64,000 bases of DNA from assembly GCF_964355755.1 (NCBI RefSeq), contig NC_092672.1, forward strand, positions 22,085,237-22,149,236, read 5' to 3'. Numbering within the stretch: the stretch's first letter is position 1; every line of letters starts with the position of its first letter. A program made the position numbers and the translations under genes. The notes below the pieces were generated by a model. That model saw only the letters and a program-made list of their open reading frames with translations, did not search any database and was not told where the DNA came from. This document shows, one piece after another, positions 47,801-60,991 of this stretch. This DNA is from Antedon mediterranea. Lineage: Eukaryota > Animalia > Echinodermata.

Positions 47801-50800
47801 AGATACTATCTAGCTGACTATTGCAAGTTAGTTAGATACAACTGGAGGTGGATTAAATACACTATTAGTGACAGATGTAAAATTGGATGTAATGACCCTA
47901 ATCACTACATATGGTTATTTGAACATTGAATGCAATTTACAAACGTGTAGAAACGATCTAGGTACTAGGTATACGTATTCTAAATTACTTTAAAACTCAC
48001 TGGGTAGTGTGATAATTGGACTCCAATCACTGAACTGGTGATGTAATGAAAACCTTGATCGCACTTGAAATTCATATTCAGCCACAGCTGTCGTAATCTC
48101 CTCAATAATTATCTGCTTTTTATGCTGTTTTTCAATCTAATAAAAACAATTCGCTTTTAGTCACTTTATCAATTATTGGGAGCTACATGACCTTATTTTT
48201 CTTTTGAAGAATTTTTTTACGTTTCAAGAATCTTTAAAGGGGGATTCTGGGTTTAAAATTGCTTTTAAATATCGTTTATTTATTAAATAAAAAATATTAT
48301 AACAATATAGACATGTCAGAATGAAGAAATAATAACGAGAAATTAAAAAAAATTAATTTCATATACATTTTAGGGTAAATTCATGGAAAGTCTGTTTTTC
48401 AGCAGCTTAGGGAAGCTCATTAATACTCATGAGATATTCACAGAATCACGTCATCAGTGGATTCCAAAATCGCGACGTCAAGCTTGTACGTTGTGTTCTC
48501 TCTCCTCTCTGTCAAACGACGACCACCCGATCATTGTGAAATACATTTTTTTGTAGATTTGCTAAGCTAGGCCTAATTAAAGTGTAATAATAACAGTAGT
48601 AGCATATATTTATTTGACATTTAATGAAATACAAAATTTAGTACAGATTACGGAGTCATAAATTATACTATTTTTATACCTCGAATTAATAGTACAGATC
48701 GTATTTCGGCTTCACGTACTAGGCTAGGCCTAGCCTAAATAATATTATTCATGCCGGGGTGAGAGCCATTTCTGACTAGGGATTCCATGCCACGATGGCT
48801 ACGTTAAAACATCGCTATGTCTAAATGTCTAAAGATACGGTACCGTATCCATACTTTAAAAAACTAAAGGTACGGTAATTATAGAGGGCGCTATGTAATG
48901 TGGATGTTAATCAAATAGGTTATTGCATTGGTTTTCTGCAAGCCAGCTGTGTAGGCTAGTGGGCATGTGGTGAGGCTTTGGCCTAAGGGGTTGTAGGTTC
49001 GATACTCTTCTTGACGTCTTTTTTTTAGTTTTTAATTTAAGAGAGATTATTTAGAGGGTTAGGTTTTTAATAATATTATTTAGGAAGGAGTTTAATATTT
49101 AGGAAGGAGTTTTATATTTAGGAACGAGTTTTATATTTAGGTACGAGTTTTAGGAATGCAATTTTACCGGACTTTTAGCAAACGGAAGCGCCCTCTATAA
49201 TTACCGTATCTTTAGTTTTTAAAAGCATGGATACGGTACCGTATCTTTAGCAACGGCGTTAAAACATTGGGGCCATCATTCATCATGGGCCTAGCTAGCC
49301 TATTACTAAACGATTGGCCCATCAATAACAAAACTCAGTGGATTCCAAACCCATCCTATCAAACCAAACTCCTAAACAATCTAAACCTAAAACGTTCTAC
49401 AAAAATCGGCTGTAAATATTGAGGCAAAACAAGGTCCGATCGCGTTGCCGTCCGCACGTCGTATGGTGTCCCGATCGTCTAATAAGTAGGCCTAGTTTAC
49501 TCTCCAAAAAAGCGGATACTGCATCAAGCAAGTAGACCGGTAGTAGGAAGGAGACCTAGCCTAGCCGATCCGGCCCAGTTAAAAATTGAGCTAGCTAGAG
49601 TGTAGTAGACCCTATGCGAATTGATACTACCAGGCCTTTCTTTTACTATAGGCTACACTTGTTAAAATTAGCAATACTGTACTTATGTTTACAAATATTC
49701 CAACTCTCTCATTCGAGCTATATTATTTATACCATTCCGGTGGGTTGAGTCGACCTTCTATCAAATACTGTACATCGTTCATGTTGTGATTATAGACGGG
49801 GTATACTCGACCCGACCAGTTTGGTATTGTATACTGTATCTGCTTATCACGTGACGATGCCAGGCATGGGCAGAGAGAGCACGTGTATCGTCGTCTCGCT
49901 CTCCTCGCTCAGCAGGAATGTATATGTTACGCTTCATTGATTTTGAAGGCTTTCCCTAAGTCAGTGCGAAAATCGGCAAACGTAAAGTGCAAACTTATCT
50001 AATTTTTCACTGTTTTGATGGATTTTCATAGAAAATTGACTTTATAAATGGGAAGACCGACTAAAATTACATCAGATAAGTATAATTTTACAAAAGTAAT
50101 TGATATGGTTAATGATAACGAGTCGTCGGAAGATTTACCATTTCACGAATTTCCTATTCTGTAACCACAGTGTGATTTTGCCGTAGCTGCACTTGTAATC
50201 TGGCCTCATTTCACAGCCTTCGTTCTGCTTCACTGGGCGCTTATATAAATTGAAACTTTTACCGTTCAAGAGACAAACAAATATATTTTACATTTTTTAC
50301 TATTCATTTTAAACCCGGAACCCACCTTTAAATTTTCTAATGAAACTGTACGATCAAGAGCGTCAAAAGTTTCAGATGTTTTGTAGAAGATGAATAAATT
50401 ATTATTGTCATGTCATCACAGTAGCTTACCACAAAATCAGTGCAAATATTTTCACTTGCACTGATGGAGGGCAAGTGCTGTCTGAAAGCTACAAAAAATT
50501 CATTTTGATTTAGGTCTTTGCTTATTTTATTTTGCATCTCCATTGCGATCTAGCCACTGATACCTACAGTCTCGTCATTTTTTAGTAATTTGCCTTTAGA
50601 TTAATAAATAAATTAAAATAAATAAATTCTAATCCTGGATAACGGTATAACAATCTTTTAAAATGTGTGCTTTAATATTTTGAAAAATTGTTTAATGAAA
50701 CCAAAACGACAACGTGATCTTTAGGAAGGAAGTGGTCTTTTGGTGCATACGTGATATACGATAGTTATTCCACAATTTGTTGTCTCCTGATAATATACTG

Positions 50801-53800
50801 TAGATATGACAAAACAAATAGTGAAAATGATTGTAACTTCATACCTCTTCCTTCCATGTTTCATTTAAACGTCTGTAACGAAGTTGAAACCATAGCGAGT
50901 TACAATAATAGCAATCTTCTTGTAGTTTCCAGAATACTATGACGTTTGATTCCTCCACTGAAACGTTATCAATTAATGGTGACAAAGGTACGGCTAAAAA
51001 AACAACAAAATGAAACGATTAGATCGTGCGTACAGCCATGAGAGTTACTCCAGTGAATATTTAACGATTAGATCGTGCATACAGCCGTGAGAGTTACTTC
51101 AGTGAATCTTTAACGATTATAATAATCGTGCGTACAGCCATGAGAGTTACTTCAGCGAATCTTCAACGATTAGATCGTGCGTACAGCCATGAGAGTTACT
51201 TCAGTGAATCTTTAACGATTAGATCGTGCGTACAGCCATGAGAGTTACTTCAGTGAATCTTTAACGATTAGATCGTGCGTACAGCCATGAGAGTTACTTC
51301 AGTGAATCTTTAACGATTATATCGTGCGCACAGCCATGAGAGTTACTGCAGTGAATATGTAACGATTATATCGTGCGTACAGCCATGAGAGTTACTTCAG
51401 TGAATCTTTAATTTAGATAAGTAACGTCTGCCGTACATCAAAAGACATAACAACAGAATCATTGAGACATTCTAAGGTTACCGAACATTAGTTCATTTAG
51501 GAGACACAAAAGCAAACCTAACTTTACTAGTGTTTATTCGTCATGCCAATCTTCAAACAATTTAGATATTATTTAAGATTAAAAATTATGATTTTTGTTA
51601 TTTTATACTTCAAAAGCTCATTGAACGAAACCTTGTATCCCCGCCGGATTAATCACATAAAAGAGATTAGAAATTTGATCTTCTGTGGTGCTTGTATATT
51701 TTATGAAATAATTTGATGGTAATGATCTATATTTCCCAAACTTGTGCTAAATATTTGCCTACAGACCTTCAGTCTTAGAATCAAATGTGGATGTTGTATT
51801 TGCAGTACCAAACATATTTTCAACAACTACTCGTACTAGATGTGCTGTCATCGGATTTCCATCACTTTCTGAAACTTTGCACGTGCTGTCGTTTAGCTTA
51901 TTAGAACAGTCGATCCACACATTAGAACTGTTTCTAAGAATTAAAACAATTTATAATTCAATATTAATTGTTAGGAATCAAAATTCTATAAACAGTAATC
52001 AGTAATCTGTAATCAATAATCTGTTCTCGATAATCTGTAAACAGTAATCAGTAATCTGTAATCAATAATCCGTAATCAATAATCTGTAAACGGTAATCTG
52101 TAAACAGTAATCAGTAACAATAATCGGTAATAAGTAATTGGTAATCTGTAATCAGTAATTTCTAATCAATAATCTTAAACCAATAATCTGTAATCAGTAA
52201 TACTCAATAATATTTAATCAATAATCTGTAATCAGTAATCTGTAACAATAATCGGTAATAAGTAATTGGTAATCTGTAATCAGTAATTTCTAATCAATAA
52301 TCTTAAACCAATAATCTTTAATCAGTAATACTCAATGATATTTAATCAATAATCTGTAATCAGTAATTTGTAAATATAATAGTATTATTTTGTTACTTTG
52401 TCCTTTTGTATAATATTTGATTATGCACGTGCAGCTGTTGAATTTAATGAAGGAGCGATGAACAGACAACTGGTTGGTGTCACATTACGAGACACTGTGA
52501 TAAGAGAAGAGTAAGAATGGCAGCCGACAACCGGCAACAGAAGGGAAGGGACGACATTATTTCTAATACAGGAAAATCTTTGGCTAGGCCAGCACAGAAC
52601 AGAAACGAATCATGGCAAATGCTTGTGGAGGGCTACAGTACATCCGACAGTGTTATGATGGAGCCGAGGTAAGGAAAGGTCATGCATTCTGTATTAGACA
52701 TACCTAAAGAAATGTTTCATTTGAAATGAAACATTTAAGAAATTTATTATTTATGAGAAAAGTAATGATTCTAATTATTTTTTTTCTTATTTATCAATAA
52801 TACAAATCACTTACTGAAATTGAAATGTATAGACAGTTCTAACTCCGGTGAATTCCGTTGCCCATGTACACCAATAATCAACAATATTTGTCGATCTGCA
52901 GTTTAATGTTGGAGACGATGGCACGACTAAAAGATACAAATATAGTATAATATATAATATAATATAATAATATAATATTTATTCGGTCATCAATGTAAAA
53001 ATAACCAGGAATGAGAATAGGCTAAAGCCCAAACAGATTCTGCACTCACTCCATACAATACAATCAGTTAAAGATAAAACCATATACAAGAAAAATACAA
53101 ATAAATTATACATAACATGAAATATAGTGTTTTGTTAGAGCAGCCTTAAATATTGAAATTGTTTGTGAATCTTTTATGTCATTTGGTATTTGCTCCCATA
53201 GTCTAGGAAAGGAAACAAATACAGAATTATGAAAAGTATTGCCTTTCGAATTCCAACGTAAAAGCCTACCCGGACATCTTTCACTAGTTTTAATATACTC
53301 ATTGAAAGAATGGGGACAGTAACCTTTCAACACCTTAAATCCTAATGAAAGTCTATGTAATTTAAACAAGTCATCAATAGATAATAATTCAAGCACTTTC
53401 AAGGTATATAACTATCTGTTGTGTGGATTCTTATTACATGTAAGGAGTGGTTTTCAATAATAACAACTCTCATCTCAGTCTCCAACCACATACAATAACA
53501 GACGGAAACAAATGTTTTAAATATATCATTAATCTGGGACGGTGCGGCCATACACGCCAATTGCCACATGTACCGCCGCAACATCTCTTTTTATTAACGG
53601 TGATTAATTAGATTCTAGGACTTCATAAAGGTAACATTCAAGATACACCTCGGTCCCGTTCATGATTACACGTAAGTTTGCTTCATGGATCAATTATCGT
53701 TAACTTTGGCGGGATCAAATCATGTTTTCAAAACTATGTATGCCATTGACTAACTTACTACCAACTGTAAATGACGATTCTGATCTATTTGTCGTTACTC

Positions 53801-54476
53801 TTCCATTTTGTTTTTCTACAAGTAAAAAGCATTCAATCCAATGTTGATAACCTGTCATGTTTAGGTTTGTTAAGGTAAGAATGGCTTCTGTATTTGAGAT
53901 TACAGCAGTATTTTTTCCTAAATTAATAGGTACTTCGTCAACTTTCCATTCAATATCCGAGGCATTGTACGATGTTTTTGTTTGATCTAACGTACATGTG
54001 AAGTTCAGGGTGGAACCGGCCAACGAATATGGATCAACGGGCGTCAGTTTAAGTGCTGCAATAAAATAAAAAAATGTTTAGGTACGTACAGCATATAAGT
54101 TGTGTCCGCACCCAACAATATTACTGTACAAATAAGAAAATAATGGTAACATTGTAAAGAACAACAGTGAAATAGTTATTTAAAAAATATTTATTAAAGA
54201 AAAAAATTGAAAAAAGAAAGTTGTTAATTGTTTAACATTATAAAGAAGATTTATTAACCTATCATGCAAATATTTCTATTTTGAAACATAGGTGTATTAT
54301 AAGAAGTAAGTTCCATCGTTTCCTCAGAATATAATTCTTAAGTTAAATAGTTAAAATAAACAAAATGATGGTGTCTACTTACATGATGTAGCTTTGAAAG
54401 CGCAGACAGTGGTCAAAATAATCCAAATCTGGAACGTACACAATGGAATGTTTAATGTATAAGAGAGTTCTGCCAT
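44888..54476 (-). CDS. Class I cytokine receptor-like type I membrane protein (gp130/domeless-related)
   Basis: Phase-consistent exons: 54476-54383 (signal peptide), 54055-53759 (Ig-like), 52926-52815 (C...WCTW), 51933-51767 (two more Cys, VENMFG), 50993-50845, 48136-48001 (YEFQVR...FSDWS, a WSxWS variant), 47618-47310 (FN3-like), stalk exons 46940-46878, 46742-46680 and 46545-46486, 46096-45966 (TM plus Box1-like EWPDPK), 45385-44888 (Ser/Tyr-rich tail). Confidence 0.85.
46478..47070. repeat. ~197-bp tandem triplication containing a whole exon
   Basis: Each unit has a poly-T-AG acceptor, a 60/63-nt exon and a gtatgt donor. Confidence 0.9.
48238..50327. mobile_element. Kolobok-like non-autonomous DNA transposon
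   Basis: TTAA|agggggattctgggtttaaaat ... attttaaacccggaacccacct|TTAA. Confidence 0.8.
48829..49250. mobile_element. Nested MITE with ~63-bp TIRs
   Basis: ctaaagatacggtaccgtatccat...tatagagggcgct and its inverted copy at 49187-49250. Confidence 0.8.
51013..51410. repeat. Minisatellite, ~49-bp unit x8
   Basis: Unit aacgattagatcgtgcgtacagccatgagagttacttcagtgaatcttt; ends ~20 bp from the acceptor at 50994. Confidence 0.92.
51985..52372. repeat. Degenerate heptamer repeat (aatctgt/aatcagt/aatcaat)
   Basis: Low-complexity 7-mer array with a ~120-bp higher-order duplication. Confidence 0.85.
52947..53402 (-). mobile_element. 5'-truncated LINE (CR1/L2-group) 3' fragment
   Basis: ORF end ...LELLSIDDL...FPRLWEQIPNDIKDSQTISIFKAALTKHY, 3' UTR, AATAAA and (attat)n tail. 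Confidence 0.7.
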
Positions 54477-54575
54477 CGTCTTTGGAACAATAAAAAGCTA
54501 ATGATAATTATACATAGTATTAACGTGATTGGTCGAAATGAATTATCGGAATGATCGTTCTAAATGATAATCGTA

Positions 54576-54583
54576 TGACGTCA
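54576..54583. promoter_or_regulatory. Palindromic CRE (TGACGTCA) 100 bp upstream of the receptor ATG, near a CCAAT box (54528-54532, minus)
   Basis: Exact motif match at a promoter-proximal position; function unproven. Confidence 0.4.
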
Positions 54584-55005
54584 TCGAAGTACACAAAATA
54601 AAATGAGAGGGTTAATTTAGTGTCAAAATCAAAACATTAACTCTAAGTGACCGGAAACATTCTTATTGAAAGGCAAATGTAACCTTTTTTATGTAATATA
54701 ACGGATATTGCCTTATTTTAAAGATATTTTATAACATTTGAGATCCTCGTTTAGTAGTCAATATATTTTCTCACCAGACTATAATTTCCATAAGCGCTAC
54801 GCAATTCGAGGAAATAAAATACGATTGTGTTTCTTGTTGTTCTATGGATATTGCATCAACGGATTCTGGTACTGCAGTTTCAGGGACATAAGGTTGAATA
54901 AGATCCACATCTTTCCAAATAACTGGTTAAAACTTAAGAAAAGACTAATCAGCACTTATCGTAGTCTTTCATGAGAGTGATCCCTTCCTCCTGGCTGAAC
55001 AGCAA

Positions 55006-55834
55006 ATCCTGGTCACGGCACCAAATGTAACAGGTTCATACTACTAGCGTCGTAGCTGTATCGCGTAGTATTTTCCGGAGCTGCAGCACTGGCACAACAC
55101 AATAAAATCATTCACAGAGACAGTTCTTGGTTTGGAAAAGTTACATTCTTTTATTGAAGCTAGTAACCAGTCGGAAGGAGATATAACAAAACCAGTGTTA
55201 CTATATTTAAAATAACATCAGTGATCGTATCATTAACGACAGTATGCCTATAGGCTACTATTGCGTTGTGTCTAGTATAACATCAAATAACTAATCAACT
55301 ATGTTAACTGTAGTAAAACCATTCTCAAATTAAGAGAGATAAAAATATAGATGCTTACCTAGTAACCAGTCGGAAGGAGATGAAAACCTTCACTTTGGGC
55401 TAGGCACTAGTAAGTGTTATCCATTCTCAGTTGGGTACTATGACAATTTTTAACCGATGGTACTGTATATACATTTACCATAACGTTATTTCGAAGTTTA
55501 CAGACCGATTGTATTGTAGGCCCAACTCGAGTCATACACATGTAATTATCAATTTAAATTCGGTTACACAAGATAAGAAACTATTAAAAATGCAAATCAA
55601 TTAACAAAATCCCTTGTCCATTTATGAACTGACCCATACTGAAACATTATACACTAAATATTCATGACCATTTTCCCGCCACTTGGATGAGGTGACTCGT
55701 CTATTTATAGCATGGTCACTTATCATTCCAGCTTTTACTTTAATGGGTCCCACAGGGTTTCTCAGATTCAAGTCAGATTCAGCAGATAAATCATTCAAGT
55801 ATTTGGGTATAAGCATACCTGTTACCCTGTTACA
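55006..55834 (-). mobile_element. LTR (809 bp) with adjacent tRNA-His primer-binding site; truncated LTR retrotransposon
   Basis: TG...CA ends with 9-bp IR tgtaacagg/cctgttaca (55026-55834); on the minus strand it is followed after 2 nt by TGGTGCCGTGACCAGGAT (55023-55006), complementary to the tRNA-His 3' end; minus-strand AATAAA at ~55150. Confidence 0.82.
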
Positions 55835-56789
55835 TATATAAATAAAGAATAATCGTACGCCTCTTTAAGTTTAATTAGGTGTTTTTAGTTTGAACTTTCA
55901 AACCAATACTATGACAATCTAATGCGAGTGATCGCTTGTGATTGGTCAAATCACCTTCGTTTCGCTTACGTACATACGTTACGTCCAAGAGGAGAACCAA
56001 GCTTTATTTTCACTGACGTATATTAAAATGTATATCCTGTTCATAATGCAATCATGGTAATATGCTAGATTACTTTAACCCAATGTAAACACACTTCTAA
56101 TTAAGATGTAAATTATCGTAAAAGGCGACAGTACCATTAGGATAATTGTGTCATTTCGTTATTCGTGTACGTGAAGACCGTAAGCTTATTATAAATATAA
56201 GATAAGATAAGATAAGATAACTTTTATTGATCCTCAAAAAGGAAATTCATTGCTCGTCATAATAACAAAGAAAACACTATAAAAACAAATATAGCATAAA
56301 ACCATTCATATAAAAACATCTAAAAAATGAACAAATATATAGTATTTTAATACCTGCTGTATGAGTAGTACCGTATCCGTGCCCTGCGTCTTGTTATGAT
56401 CCACCACAATCCACGATTTTTGTATTGTCATGGATCAGTTGTTGTTCGTGTGCGTTCTGCGTATTTGCATATAAGTGTGTTGCTGCTAGTTGTTTTTTGA
56501 GCATTGTGTTTGGCGCATTTGCATATAGGTGATGTTTTGTTTAACTACCTGGTTTTTCTGTCTGCGCGTCAGAAAAGCTTTTGCTGCAAACACAGGAAGA
56601 TGTGATTTTCATTACGGTGTTGTATATATTAGTATTAGGCCGTTGTTGAAGTTACTATTCTAAGTAGTAAAAAGAATTATATTACACGATAGACGGATCA
56701 TTGCCTGATAATTTATTATAGGAAATTGCATGCATACTAAATAAAGCTGGCTTGACTGTGTGATAATGGCCGTTTTGATTTGTTGGGTG

Positions 56790-57125
56790 TTACATTTGAC
56801 TTAGAAATAAGCAAAATGACTAAAATAAATGTTGAAGAGAAAACTGGTAAAATTAGGTCTACTATCAATGTGTGGCGTAAGAGAAATCTTACTGTGTTGT
56901 GAAGATTAACTGTCTTAAAATCTCTAATATTATCAAAACTTAATTATATTTTTACAAAGTTGCCAAACCCTACTACAGCTTATCTAAGTGAACTTAATAG
57001 GATGTTTTCTTAATTTTTTCTGGAAGGGAAAGGATAAAGTCAAAAGAAATAAGCTAATTAGAGAGTATAAGGATGGCGGAATTAACATGATTAATATCTT
57101 CAGTTACATAAAGGCAGAAAGATTA
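56790..57125 (+). mobile_element. Degenerate L1/Tx1-clade ORF2 fragment
   Basis: Translation gives WRKRNLTVL*RLTVLKSLILSKLNY...LPNP...FFWKGKDKVKR..LIREYKDGGINM, the post-RT region, with stop and frameshift. Confidence 0.75.
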
Positions 57126-57410
57126 GTTGAATGCGAAGAATACACAGTGTGTAAGTATAGTGGTAATACAGTGGTAAAGTGAAGTTATAAACTGACTGTT
57201 ATTGAAACTATGTAACGCTTGTTTGTATATTTGCAGGGCTTTTTCCTTCGTTCTCTTTATTTTCCGAGTAACGTTGATTCGTACACAATAAATGGTAGCC
57301 TATGGTAGCGGCAATCAACAACTTGTTGTCTTTCTGTTGGTCTTGATATTGCATTCATTTGAGCCAAGCCTCGCACGCTTGATACCCGGGGAGAAAACTT
57401 CTAAATTAAT

Positions 57411-59378
57411 CAGCGGGGTTGGTGAAATCTGTCCATAATGGGTTACTTTTCTGTCCATAATAGGTTACTTTCTGTCCATAATAGGGACTAGAGGGCGCTG
57501 TTGTTTGTCCATAATAGGTGACTTTCATAATTGGCTGTCCAAAATAGGCGACTTTTTGTCCAAAATAGGCGAGTTTATTGGAGTAGTGCGCCATCCATTG
57601 TGTTGTCCATAATAGGTGATTTTTTGGCCTACTCGTACGTACGTAGTTTATTTCGCGAGTAGAAGTAATAAATACTAATAGGAGGCCTAATTAGTATAAA
57701 CATTTAAGTCTTTCTAGCCTAGGCCTAGGCTAGTCCTGTTAGTTAGGCTACCTCTATAGATAGGCCTACTAGTACTACTAGCCTAGGCCTAGTCCATTTG
57801 TTATTGTCCACTAATAATAATGAAAATTTATTCAGCAACAAATAATTTAATTTGAACCTCATTTTAGGTTTGATAGTACGGACAGACATTACGCAACTTA
57901 CCATACTATTGCAAGTTTAAATAAATCACCAAACCCACGCATTCTTTTACAAAAATAAAAAATACCCCATAATACTCTAATACCGTAATAATATTGATTA
58001 AAGTTTTATTTTTATAAATGCATTGGTGTTTCAATGTATTTGTTGTATTTTTTTTTTCTTTGGACTTATTTTGTTTTGTTAACAGTAATAATAAAAATCA
58101 ACTTTATCAATTTAATATTGAAAAAGACATCACAGTTCAGCACTTCATTTGTCATTTTAGGTCCTCCCCTATTTCAAAATTCTGGATCCACATAGCTCAA
58201 TGACAAAGTCTAAAGTAGATTAACAGCAGCACATCTCATCCATTTATTATATTGTTTAATTAAATGAATCAATATTAATGTTTAATAATAAGAAATACGA
58301 CAATAAATCAAGTTTACATACACGCAGTGTACAATCAACACCTTTGTTCTGTATTCAGAACAGTTTATTCAAAATCTAAATCACATTTAAAAAATACTGA
58401 ATTATATTAATTTTATTAAGTGTAAAAACATGGTTAAACTACAATTTAAAAAATAGCAAGGATTAATAAAATACACCATAATTATTATGTTTATTACTAT
58501 AATTATTGATCGATGATCAAAAATAATATGTTGAAGTGATGTACTTTTTCATTTCAGCAGCATACTGTATATGAGCAGAATATCAAACATCTGTATGCCT
58601 ATAATAAGCAAGGCCAACAGCCATTAAGTCGCGTGCTACAATGCATAGTGATACCGGACCGACAGACAGACCGACAGACCGACAGACAGACCGACAGACC
58701 GACAGACAGAGAGAGAGAGACCGACCGACCGACATAGTGAACTATACTGACCGAAATTACTGAACATGTTTAAAAATATTGAAATGTTTAAAAACATTTA
58801 TTTTTTTTTAATTTACACGTGCGTAGCCTGTCACTTTCGACGTGCTCGTATAACGTAATTTCGAGTTGAAAAGTAAGTCATAAAAACAGAAATCGGGCAA
58901 AAAGAGTGCGCAATAACATTTAACGCGCAGTGCGCGCGCAAAAATATGCGCACTCATGGCAATTTTGTAAACGCTTAAAATTGCCTGAAATGTACTCTTA
59001 TTTCATCGAAAATAAATTTTGAAAATGTTAAGCGCGCGTACGCATGCGTTACATGCGCTACGCACGTAATTGTATTGCCATATGATGATTTATGCCCTGA
59101 AATTTATGAGTACCAAATTTTATTTAATTGTGATTCATGGTTGTGAAGATATGATTACAAACGTGATTTCGTTAAATCGTGCGTAGACCGCGTAATTTTT
59201 TATAGCGCACCGTGAAAACATAACCACATTGATTCCTGGCCATAAGTAATATACTGTGAAAAATTGACCTAGCTAGATTAAACTGATATCAAGATAAGGT
59301 CAGAAAGCGATAAAACGCATAGTGATACCGGACCGACAGACAGACAGACAGACCGACAGACAGACCGACAGACAGACC

Positions 59379-59421
<43 letters not shown>

Positions 59422-60991
59422 CGACCGACCGACATAGTAAACTATAGAGTCGCTTCCACGCGACTAAGAAAAGGAAGCATTTAAATACTATAATAATGTT
59501 TAAGTATTGTATAATGCAAGTAACTTCAATCTTAGTAATGCTGAGACAAATTTTCATGTTGTATGGTGGGACACACTTAAAGTGTTCTGGGCCCATTTTG
59601 CACACCTGTAAATTAATAATTGTCTAGTGAATGAGTTTTTGCTTTATCATAACTAACGTTTACGTAATTATAGGACGTCTACGTGCATGCTAATTGATTT
59701 TCAAATTGGTTAGGGCCTAAAATCAAATACTTAAGCCTAACCTAAAACCACAAACTAACTAACGGTTGAATTTCATAAATATTAAGTATAAGATTCAATT
59801 AAAAATTGTTTGTTAGGGCTACTCAACGGATAAGTAATATAACCAGGGAACAATAAAAATAGTGTAATTTCACTGTTATTATAACTAATCATAATGTCCT
59901 AGCCTATTAATGAATTATTTCATGCGTTAAATATACTGTAATGTATGTAACGGCTAGTTAAATTAAACGAAATAAAATAACCATGAGACAGAAAGCAAAT
60001 ATTAACCATGAGACGGAAAGCATGAAATAATCAAGATCACAATTTGTTTATATTAAGTATTATTATTATTATTTGTATAATGTAAAAAGAGGGACTAGGC
60101 CTACAGCGACATGCCAATTGGGCTTCTTGTAGTCTTTCGACCAAATTTTTACTTATATGCCAACAATTGTAATGATATATATTTGGTCAATAAATGTTTC
60201 TTGAATTGAAAGTTTTAAAAATTGTTTGTTAAGGGTACTAAATGTTAAAGGATAAGTAAGATATAACCAGGGAACAGTGAAATTAGTGAAAACAGTGAAA
60301 TTAGTGTAATTTCACTGTTATATAACTAATGTACTAGCCTAGTAGTAGAGCCTAATAATGATAATAATAATCATTTCATACGTTTAAATAATAATTATTA
60401 ATAATAGGCCTACCTAGCCTAGTTTATTAATATATGTATAAATTGAATACACAGTAAAGTAAGGTTAGTCCCTACATAGCATAGGCCTATGTTAAGATGT
60501 AGGCTACTTATTTAATTACATAAATTTACCTGTTCTTGTCTTTGGGAAAATTGTAAAACTTAAGTTCTGGGTTGGCCTTTGAATTGCTTTTACAATTAAT
60601 TGCAGCACAGTACATCCCTCCACCTTTTCTTTTTTCATTCAGTGTTTCTTAACCATACAAACTTTGGCGCGACTCCTCAATCCCATTTTCTAAAGAATAT
60701 TGCGATCGTCACGCAAATGTTCGTTACTCGTTTAAGCGAGGGGGCGCACTATAATTTGACGCTCCTAAAGTGTTACGCGTAAACGCGGGAGTGTCACATC
60801 TTTAGTATATAAGATCTTTGAATAAACTGGCCTCGCATTTTGGAAAGCCAATTATGAAAGTTACCTATTATGGACAAACAACAGCGCCCTCTACTCCCTA
60901 TTATGGACAGAAAGTCCCCTATTATGGACAGAAATCCCCTATTATGGACAGAAAAGTAACCTATTATGGACAGATTTTACCAACCCTATTG
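57411..60991. mobile_element. P-like non-autonomous DNA transposon (~3.6 kb)
   Basis: CA...TG ends, ~130-bp imperfect TIRs with tgtccataatagg subrepeats, 7-bp TSD aattaat at 57404-57410 and 60992-60998. Confidence 0.8.
58607..59467 (+). mobile_element. Nested Helentron/DINE-like element with (GACA/GACC)n microsatellites
   Basis: Starts agcaaggcca...agtcgcgtgc; two catagtgataccggaccgacaga(caga)n blocks; 3' hairpin agtcgc-ttccac-gcgact followed by aa. Confidence 0.65.
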
